Source of the DNA: Bacillota bacterium
GTDB taxonomy: Bacteria > Bacillota > Clostridia > Lachnospirales > CAG-274
DNA length: 32,000 bases
Assembly: GCA_017543265.1 (NCBI GenBank)
Contig: JAFYGI010000053.1
Location: 12,516-44,515 of the forward strand
Direction: 5' to 3'
In this document: piece after piece, positions 16,416 to 23,371 of the stretch
How the letters are laid out: each line of letters starts with the position of its first letter
Position numbering within the stretch: the stretch's first letter is position 1
Made by a program: the position numbers and the translations under genes
Notes under the pieces: model-generated
Databases searched by the model: none
The model's input: the letters and a program-made list of their open reading frames with translations, nothing else
Told to the model about the DNA's origin: nothing

Positions 16416-17036
16416 ATGAGAAAAACGGCGGTCATGCTTGCGGCCCTGATGATGCTTGCGGGCTGCGGTACAAACGGCGGGGAGCATGAATTTGCACCCC
16501 GAAACGATGTTGAGGCCGTAATGCGGCAAAATATGGAAAAGAAAACGGAGTCTGCGGCGGAGCCGACAACGGCGGAGGAAACGACCGTCGGGGCTGTTGT
16601 GCAGACCGAAACGCAGGCCTGTGAGCAAACAAGTGCGGCACCCGTGAACGAAACGGCGGAAACGGCCGAAACAGCCGCGCCTGTGCCCGAAACGCCCGCA
16701 CCGGGCGGTGATGCGGTAGACCTGACGGGCATGGACAGCGATATGGTCTATGCGGTGGTGTTTGAAATGGTGAGCGACCCCGACCGATACAGGGGCAGGG
16801 AGGTAAAAATGCACGGTACCTGTAACCGCTTTACCGACCCCGAAACGGGCAAGGACTACTACGCCTGCATAATAACCGATGCACAGGCCTGCTGTGCGCA
16901 GGGCATCGAGTTTGAACTGCCCGAGGGCGAGCCCTATCCCGAATACGGCAGCGAAATAACCGTGTCGGGCATTTTCGATAGCTATTTTGAGGGCGAAAAC
17001 GAATTTTATGTGCTTAAACAAGCGGTAATAAAGTAA
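16416..17036 (+). CDS. Uncharacterised lipoprotein: acidic Thr/Glu/Ala-rich linker + ~100-aa Cys-containing domain (motif DAQACCAQGIEF)
   Basis: Lipobox LAGCG. GGAGGT RBS 15 nt after the znuB stop, in the same operon and ahead of the terminator. I recognise no named domain. Confidence 0.75.
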   Translation: MRKTAVMLAALMMLAGCGTNGGEHEFAPRNDVEAVMRQNMEKKTESAAEPTTAEETTVGAVVQTETQACEQTSAAPVNETAETAETAAPVPETPAPGGDAVDLTGMDSDMVYAVVFEMVSDPDRYRGREVKMHGTCNRFTDPETGKDYYACIITDAQACCAQGIEFELPEGEPYPEYGSEITVSGIFDSYFEGENEFYVLKQAVIK

Positions 17037-17077
17037 AAAAAGCGGATATATCTCTGTGGGAGGTATATCCGCTTTTT
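17035..17077. terminator. Bidirectional terminator between the znu operon and the COG0523 gene
   Basis: AAAAAAGCGGATATATCTC-TGTGGG-AGGTATATCCGCTTTTTG. Confidence 0.85.
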
Positions 17078-17082
17078 GCCGT

Positions 17083-18366
17083 TTATTTAAGTGCTGCGTT
17101 CAAGGTGCTGTTTATGCGCTCCTTGTCGAGCCCCTGTCCGATAAAGACTATTTTGTTAAGTCTGTCGCCGTACTTGGGATCCCAGTTGTCGGCGATCTCG
17201 GGGTATTCCGCGATAATATCCATCTGCTCCTGCTTGGACATGGCAGCCACCCACTTGTTGGCCGCATCAATGGAGATCTGCTTGCCCGACTGCTCGTAAA
17301 TGCACATAAGGTCGGGAGCCTCGTCAAACCACACAAAGCCCTTGGAGCGGATTATCACCTTGCCCAGCTCCAGAACGGCCTGCTCGAACTTTTCCTTTAC
17401 AAAGGGCTCGACTACGGAGTAAACATAGGTGTTTATGCCGTATTCAAGCGCCTCGCCGTGTGAGTGGTCGTGGGTGTGCTCGTGGTGGTGGTGATGGTGA
17501 TGACCGTGTTCGTGTTCATGTTCATGCTCATGCTCGTGTTCATGGTCATGGTCATGGTGGTCGTGTTCATGCTCGTGCTCGTGTTCATGGTCATGGTGCT
17601 TATGCGCCTCGTGCTCGCGCTCGTCATCATGCTCCATTGCCTGTATCCAGCCTGCACCGTTATATGCCTTTTGCATATCAAAAATGCTTTTGTCAACTAT
17701 CTCGGCGATGTTTACCTTGCCGCGCTCTGCCTCCATTATGACAGCGCCGGGGTTAAGGGCGGAAACGACTGCACGGATATGCTCCTTCTGCTCGTCTGTA
17801 ACAAGGTCTGTCTTGTTAAGCAGGGCGATGTTGCAAAACTCTATCTGCTCTATCAGAAGCGGCGTAAGGTCTTCCTCCTCGCCGTTTTCGTTCTTTTGTG
17901 TAAAGCTTTCGCCGCATTCAAACTCGTCCGCAAGCCTGAACGCATCCACAACGGTAATTACGCTGTCAAGGCGGCAGTGTACGGGCATACGGTTCTGCAC
18001 AAGTGCCTCCTCCACCGCAAGTATGGTGTTTGCAATGGGCAGGGGCTCGCAGATGCCGCTGGCCTCTATAACGATATAATCACATTTGTTCTGCTGTAAA
18101 AGTGCGCCTATCTGGTTGATAAGGTCGGTTTTGAGGGTACAGCAGATACAGCCGTTTGAAAGTGCGACTACGTCCTTGTCCTCCTGCTGGATAAAGTCGT
18201 TTTTGTTTATAAGCTCGGCATCTATGTTTATCTCGCCGATGTCGTTTACTATAACGGCTATCCTTTTGCCCTGCGGGTCACGCAGGATGTTGTTTAAAAG
18301 TGTTGTTTTGCCTGCACCCAGAAAGCCCGTAAGCAGGGTAATGGGTACTGTTTTGATACTGTTCAT
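17083..18366 (-). CDS. COG0523-family G3E GTPase (zinc metallochaperone type, ZagA/YciC/ZigA-like) with a ~60-residue His-rich insert
   Basis: Walker A GFLGAGKTT, CxCC metal motif GCICC, NKTD, and a CobW_C-like C-terminus. The ORF-track GTG at 18375 is part of the GAGGTG RBS, so the start is set to ATG 18366. Confidence 0.88.
   Translation of the reverse strand: MNSIKTVPITLLTGFLGAGKTTLLNNILRDPQGKRIAVIVNDIGEINIDAELINKNDFIQQEDKDVVALSNGCICCTLKTDLINQIGALLQQNKCDYIVIEASGICEPLPIANTILAVEEALVQNRMPVHCRLDSVITVVDAFRLADEFECGESFTQKNENGEEEDLTPLLIEQIEFCNIALLNKTDLVTDEQKEHIRAVVSALNPGAVIMEAERGKVNIAEIVDKSIFDMQKAYNGAGWIQAMEHDDEREHEAHKHHDHEHEHEHEHDHHDHDHEHEHEHEHEHEHGHHHHHHHEHTHDHSHGEALEYGINTYVYSVVEPFVKEKFEQAVLELGKVIIRSKGFVWFDEAPDLMCIYEQSGKQISIDAANKWVAAMSKQEQMDIIAEYPEIADNWDPKYGDRLNKIVFIGQGLDKERINSTLNAALK
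17455..17634 (-). repeat. Low-complexity HE/HD dipeptide-coding tract (~31 His in 60 codons)
   Basis: Plus strand reads GTGGTGGTGGTGATGGTGATG...GTGTTCATGTTCATGCTCATGCTCGTGTTCATGGTCATGGTCATG..., encoding EHEAHKHHDHEHEHEHEHDHHDHDHEHEHEHEHEHEHGHHHHHHHEHTHDHSHG. Confidence 0.9.
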
Positions 18367-18392
18367 AACATTCACCTCGTATGTATATTTAC

Positions 18393-20351
18393 TTACTCAA
18401 CAACTATCTCGTGTATCACATTGTCGGTCGTTTCCACAACGGGCTCGGCAATGACCTGCTCCTGCTTTTTGGTGGTCATTTCCACGGGCGGCTCGGTCAC
18501 GGGCTGCGGCGGCTGCGTTACGGGCTGCGGAGCCTGTGTTGCGGGCTGCGGCGGCTGTGTCACGGGCTGCGGAGCTTTTGTCGTAGGCTGGGGAGCCTGC
18601 GTTGCGGGCTGTGCCTTTGTCGTGGGCTGGGGAGCCTTTGTTGTGGGCTGCGGAGCCTTTGTTGTGGGCTGTGCCTTCGTCGTGGGCTGTGCCTTTGTCG
18701 TAGGTGCGGCAGTCGTTATCTCGGTAGTTGTTTCGGTAGTGGTCGTTGTTGTGGTGGTAGTGGTGGTAGATGACGGATCGGGAAGAACCATCATCTTGCC
18801 TATGCCGTATTGGTTAATATGGTAGCACACGACGGGCATACCCGGGTAAACATAGCTGTATACCTGCTTTGCGGTGCTTAACGAAAGGTTCACGCAGCCG
18901 TGGGAGCCGTGTGTAAGGTAGCGCCTGCCGCCGAAGGAGCTTTGCCATACGGCATCGTGCAGGCCTATGCCGCGGTTGAACGGCATCCAGTAGCTTACGG
19001 GCGTGCGGTAGTTGTCGCCCACAAGTATTGCGGGGCTCATTTTTTTCTTTATGCGGTAGGTACCCGGCGGAGTTATCCTGTTGGGCGGAAGACCCGTTAC
19101 ACAGGGCGCGTCAAGCACACGCTTGCCGTCTACCCACACATAGATATGCTGGTTTGTCAGATCGACCTCGACATAGCTTCTGCCGACATCGTCGGGGCCG
19201 TGGCCTACGCCCATTACGCTGTAAACGGGGTAGCGCACCACATCGTTGCCCGCCTTGATAACATTGACAAGTGACTGCACCTCGGCCTCCTGGTCGATAA
19301 GCCAGCCGAAATCGCCGCCCTTTACGGTGGTGCGTGTGCCGAATGCCGTCAGGAACTCTCTTGTCTGGCCGTAGGTGTTAAAGGTCTTGGCAAACTCCGC
19401 CACCCACGCGGCCACCTTTTTGCGGTCGAAATATACGTTGTAGTCGTCGGTCACAAACAGCCAGTCGTGGATAAGCTCCTTATCGACTATGGTGTGCTGT
19501 GCGCCGGGGCCCATGTTCATCGTTATCTTGGGCGATATATATTTGTTTGCCTGCTCGCAGGCGGCAATGACCTTCGGAGAATCCTTGGTGTATTCGGGCA
19601 CTTGGTAGCAGCCCGCCTCAAAAAGGTCGATGCTCTCGGTATGGTTTTCGGCGGCCTCCTTAACGGCCTTGCAAAGCTCGTCTGTCAGTATTTTGCCGCC
19701 GTGTACGCCGTCCTGTATCTCGTATTTGCCCGAGCCGTAAAATATCGCTGCGTTTACGGGCGGTGTGTCGGGACTGTTTTTCACCGTGTCAAGTGCCTCG
19801 ACTGCCGTGCGCACCATCTGCTCGTCGCAGATAAAGGCATCCTCAAGCTCGGTGTCCTTTTTTGCAAAAAAACCCGCGCCCCATGCAAGCGGCTTTTGCT
19901 GTGCCATGACCGTATCAATTTTGTCGGACACATTGTATTTAAGGCCGATGTCCTGTGCGCTTATGCTTTCCTTTACCTTGCCCTCGTCGGTGATCTCAAG
20001 TGTGTAGTCCACCGCCGCTTCGCTCATTTTTTTCTTTACCGCATCAACGGTAAGACCCGTGCAGTTTACGCCGCTTATATGCGTGCCGGGATTAAAATGT
20101 GTCCTGAAAAACAGGACTCCCGTCAGTATATAGCCAAGCGCAAGTGCGAAAATGACCATGGCAGCGGTCAAAAGCACGGTTTTTGTGCTTGTTTTGCCGT
20201 CACGGGCATCCGTCTGTGCCTCTGCGGCCTGCGGCTGTACCGCCTCTGCGGTCGGTGCTGCCTCGGTCTGCGCCGTTTCGGTCTGTGCCGCTTCTGCCGT
20301 CTCCTGCGGCGTCTGCGTTACATTGCTGTTTTCGTCCATAACTTTCCCCAT
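18393..20351 (-). CDS. Membrane-anchored L,D-transpeptidase (YkuD domain) with low-complexity N- and C-terminal regions
   Basis: YkuD catalytic signature GIGLHDAVWQSSFGGRRYLTHGSHGCVNLS. One TM helix (VLLTAAMVIFALALGYILTGVLFF). A large pre-catalytic region like Ldt(fm)-type enzymes. Alternative start ATG 20339. The stop lies 26 nt upstream of the COG0523 ATG. Confidence 0.85.
   Translation of the reverse strand: MGKVMDENSNVTQTPQETAEAAQTETAQTEAAPTAEAVQPQAAEAQTDARDGKTSTKTVLLTAAMVIFALALGYILTGVLFFRTHFNPGTHISGVNCTGLTVDAVKKKMSEAAVDYTLEITDEGKVKESISAQDIGLKYNVSDKIDTVMAQQKPLAWGAGFFAKKDTELEDAFICDEQMVRTAVEALDTVKNSPDTPPVNAAIFYGSGKYEIQDGVHGGKILTDELCKAVKEAAENHTESIDLFEAGCYQVPEYTKDSPKVIAACEQANKYISPKITMNMGPGAQHTIVDKELIHDWLFVTDDYNVYFDRKKVAAWVAEFAKTFNTYGQTREFLTAFGTRTTVKGGDFGWLIDQEAEVQSLVNVIKAGNDVVRYPVYSVMGVGHGPDDVGRSYVEVDLTNQHIYVWVDGKRVLDAPCVTGLPPNRITPPGTYRIKKKMSPAILVGDNYRTPVSYWMPFNRGIGLHDAVWQSSFGGRRYLTHGSHGCVNLSLSTAKQVYSYVYPGMPVVCYHINQYGIGKMMVLPDPSSTTTTTTTTTTTETTTEITTAAPTTKAQPTTKAQPTTKAPQPTTKAPQPTTKAQPATQAPQPTTKAPQPVTQPPQPATQAPQPVTQPPQPVTEPPVEMTTKKQEQVIAEPVVETTDNVIHEIVVE
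18478..18780 (-). repeat. In-frame tandem repeats encoding poly-Thr and (P)TTKAQ(P)/PQPVTQP units
   Basis: Plus strand shows reiterated GGGCTGCGGAGCCTTTGTTGTGGGCTG-type 18-21 nt units. The protein reads TTTTTTTTTTTETTTEITTAAPTTKAQPTTKAQPTTKAPQPTTKAPQPTTKAQPATQAPQPTTKAPQPVTQPPQPATQAPQPVTQPPQPVTEPP. Confidence 0.9.
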
Positions 20352-20610
20352 TTTAAAAATACTGCTGCTGTGGGGCTATACAGGTGTTTCTATATTTGCC
20401 CTCAAATAAAATAAATATATACATATATAATAAGTATGTACACAATCAATAAATGTTATCATATCAAATTATGTATATAAAAGCAAGAGTTTTTGCAAAT
20501 TTGCACTATGTCAAGTTTGTTACAGAATTATTAAACATTGAATATTTTGTGGAAATACGGTAATTTTTGTGTTATAATTGAGGAAATGTATTTTATCCGG
20601 GGGTAATGAC

Positions 20611-21927
20611 ATGAAACAAATACAGGGCATATTTATATTTATGGTGTTGCTGCTGCTGTGGGCTGTTCCGACGGCGGCCGCACCCGCGCAGAAATACGGC
20701 CTTATGACATACGGCGGCAAGCTGACCGCATATGTTGTCGAGGACGAGGTGTATGTGCGCCCCGAGGAGCTGGCAAGTGCCTGCGCGGGGACAAACCTGG
20801 CCTTTGATATAAGCTATGCCGATGATGCCTATAAAATAACGCTTGGGTCGGACTTTTCGGGCGACCTGCAAAAGCTCAGGTCAAAATCCTCCTACGAGGA
20901 TGTGCCCGTGACCGATGTGACATTCACCGTGGAGGGCTTTGACAACTCGGGCAGCATCAGGGCGGCCGTGATAGAGGAAAAGCCGTTTTTAAAGCTTAAA
21001 GAGCTGGGCAGCATAACGGGCTTTGCCTATATGAGAAACAAGACTACGGGGGCGGTCGTTTTGTTAAGACAGCCTTCGGCGGGTACTCTGCACGAGGGCA
21101 GGGCGCTTTCCGCGGGCAAGTACATAGACCTGATGAGCGACATACTTTACAACAGTATGCTTGCAAGCGACGATATGCGTGTTGCATCGCGCAGCGCGGA
21201 TATTGCAAGGCTGCTTGTCCCCGCCGATTATACGCCGCTTAAAATATCGCAAGGGTCTCCGCTGGCACCGCTTGCCGCAAACTCGATGAAGGGTATGCTG
21301 ACCGAGGCGGACACAAGGGATGTCGATCCCGACAAGCCAATGGTCGCAATAACCTTTGACGACGGCCCGCGCGAGGGCAATACCGAGCAGATACTCGAGG
21401 CACTTGAAGCGGTGGACGGCCGTGCTACCTTCTTTATGGTGGGCACCAATGTCGAAAACTATCCCGACACCGTAAAGGCCGTGGCCGAGCAGGGCAGCGA
21501 GATAGGAAACCATACCTACAACCATCCGCAGCTTACCACGCTGGGCACAAGCGGCGCGATGGAGCAGATAAACCACTGCAACAGCCTTATTGCCGATGCA
21601 ACGGGGGTAACGCCCGTTATAGGCAGACCGCCGTATGGCTCCATAGATGCGGATATAATAAGCGCATCGGGCATGGATTGGTTCAACTGGAGCGTGGACA
21701 CACTTGACTGGAAATCGAGAAATGCGGACTCCGTATGCTCCGTTATTATGGAAAATGTCGGCGACAGGGATGTTATCCTTATGCACGATATCCACGGCAG
21801 TACGGTCGAGGCTGCACTCAGGATAATACCGTGGCTGCATGAGCAGGGCTATCAGCTTGTCACCATAAGCGAGCTGGCCGAGGTGCAGGGCGGCGCGGAA
21901 AATGTATCGGGCTATATAAGAGAATAA
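20611..21927 (+). CDS. Secreted polysaccharide/peptidoglycan deacetylase (CE4 NodB domain) with a ~230-aa N-terminal extension
   Basis: Signal peptide MKQIQGIFIFMVLLLLWAVPTAAAP. CE4 motifs VAITFDDGP, HTYNHP, RPPYG and ILMHD. Start trimmed to ATG 20611 (GGGGG RBS). An extended -10 TGT-TATAAT lies at 20570-20578. Confidence 0.88.
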   Translation: MKQIQGIFIFMVLLLLWAVPTAAAPAQKYGLMTYGGKLTAYVVEDEVYVRPEELASACAGTNLAFDISYADDAYKITLGSDFSGDLQKLRSKSSYEDVPVTDVTFTVEGFDNSGSIRAAVIEEKPFLKLKELGSITGFAYMRNKTTGAVVLLRQPSAGTLHEGRALSAGKYIDLMSDILYNSMLASDDMRVASRSADIARLLVPADYTPLKISQGSPLAPLAANSMKGMLTEADTRDVDPDKPMVAITFDDGPREGNTEQILEALEAVDGRATFFMVGTNVENYPDTVKAVAEQGSEIGNHTYNHPQLTTLGTSGAMEQINHCNSLIADATGVTPVIGRPPYGSIDADIISASGMDWFNWSVDTLDWKSRNADSVCSVIMENVGDRDVILMHDIHGSTVEAALRIIPWLHEQGYQLVTISELAEVQGGAENVSGYIRE

Positions 21928-21935
21928 AAAATTAA

Positions 21936-21966
21936 GGGAGTCGCTATATCGCGGCTCCTTTTTTTG
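21936..21966 (+). terminator. Rho-independent terminator
   Basis: GGGAGTCGC-TATAT-CGCGGCTCC followed by TTTTTTTT. Confidence 0.75.
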
Positions 21967-22036
21967 CGGGCGAAAATTATCCCGCCCCGTTAAGGCGGTA
22001 TTTTCATATATATTTTATCCAAATAAAAGAAAAACA

Positions 22037-22065
22037 TTGACATTTCGTACAAAATAGATTATCCT
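22037..22065 (+). promoter_or_regulatory. Candidate promoter of the LivJ-like SBP gene
   Basis: TTGACA (22037-22042), 17 nt, TATCCT (22060-22065). Confidence 0.4.
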
Positions 22066-22135
22066 AAAACTGTATTATTGAAAACGGGGCATCCCAAAGG
22101 GTGCGCACCAAAACTTTTTTGAAAGGGGAAAAATC

Positions 22136-23308
22136 ATGAAAAGAATATTTGCAACTTTAACGGCAGTTGTAATGGCAGCGGCTTGTATGACAGGCTGCGG
22201 CGGCAGCGGCAATGAGGGCGGCGCAGGCAATAACGGCGGTGCAAGCGGTGAAGGCAGCGCAGCAAGCGGCAGCGTATTTAAGATAGGCGGCATCGGCCCC
22301 CTTACGGGCGATGCATCAAGCTACGGTATCTCCGTAAAGAACGGCGCACAGATAGCTGTTGACGAGATAAACGAGGCAGGCGGCGCATCGGGCTACACAT
22401 TGGAGCTTCTTTTTGAGGATGACGAGCTTGACGAGGAGAAGAGTGTAAACGCTTACAACAAGCTTATGGACAGCGGCGTAAACGCTATCCTCGGCTCCGT
22501 AACAAGCGGCTGCTCCATCGCAGTTTCCGAGCTTTCAAAGGACGACGGTATCTTACAGATAACACCTTCGGGCTCCGCACAGGCCTGCACACAGTATGAC
22601 AATGCTTTCAGAATTTGCTTTACAGACCCCATGCAGGGCGAGCTTATGGCAAAATATATCATTGGCAAGGGCATTAAAAAGACAGCTATGATATACAATG
22701 TTTCCGATGAGTATTCAAAGGGTATCGCAGATGCCTTTACGGCAGCTTATACGGCAGCAGGCGGCACGGTTTCCGCAAGCGAGAGCTACAACACGGGCGA
22801 CATTGACTTCAAGACACAGCTTACAACTATCAAAAACAGCGATGCAGAGGCACTTTTCCTGCCCATCTACTATTCGGATGTTGCTTCTATCTCCGAGCAG
22901 GCAGCAGGCGTAGGCCTTGCACTTCCTTACTTTGGCTGTGACGGTTGGGACGGCGTTATCAAGCAGCTTAACGGCGACACATCCAAGATCGACGGTGCTG
23001 TTTTCTTAACACCTTTTGTTGCATCCAGCGAGGACGAGAAGGTAAAGAGCTTTGTTGACAAGTACACAGAAAAGTACGGCGCAGCTCCCGACCAGTTCGC
23101 AGCAGACGGCTATGACGGCATCTACGCTATGGTAAAGGCTCTTGAGCAGACAAACGGCGATACATCGGGCGAGGCTCTTATCGCAGCCATGACACAGATA
23201 ACCGTTGACGGTGTTACGGGCAGCATGACATTTGATGCAAGCGGCGAGCCCAATAAGGACGCACTTGTTGCTATCATCAAGGACGGCGAGTATACTCCCG
23301 AAGCATAA
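22136..23308 (+). CDS. Type I periplasmic-binding-protein lipoprotein (branched-chain amino acid ABC SBP, LivJ-like), monocistronic
   Basis: Lipobox MTGCGGSG plus a Gly/Ser/Asn linker, then FKIGGIGPLTGDASSYG...ILGSVTSG...FFTP-like PBP1 pattern. Flanked by its own promoter and terminator, with no permease genes nearby. Confidence 0.85.
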   Translation: MKRIFATLTAVVMAAACMTGCGGSGNEGGAGNNGGASGEGSAASGSVFKIGGIGPLTGDASSYGISVKNGAQIAVDEINEAGGASGYTLELLFEDDELDEEKSVNAYNKLMDSGVNAILGSVTSGCSIAVSELSKDDGILQITPSGSAQACTQYDNAFRICFTDPMQGELMAKYIIGKGIKKTAMIYNVSDEYSKGIADAFTAAYTAAGGTVSASESYNTGDIDFKTQLTTIKNSDAEALFLPIYYSDVASISEQAAGVGLALPYFGCDGWDGVIKQLNGDTSKIDGAVFLTPFVASSEDEKVKSFVDKYTEKYGAAPDQFAADGYDGIYAMVKALEQTNGDTSGEALIAAMTQITVDGVTGSMTFDASGEPNKDALVAIIKDGEYTPEA

Positions 23309-23334
23309 TTAAAACCTGTACGGCATAAATAAAA

Positions 23335-23371
23335 GGGGCCGAAACATTTTTGATGTTTCGGCCCTTTCTTT
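23335..23371. terminator. Bidirectional terminator shared by the SBP gene and glgB
   Basis: GGGGCCGAAACAT-TTTTG-ATGTTTCGGCCC followed by TTTCTTTC, with an A-run upstream. Confidence 0.85.
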
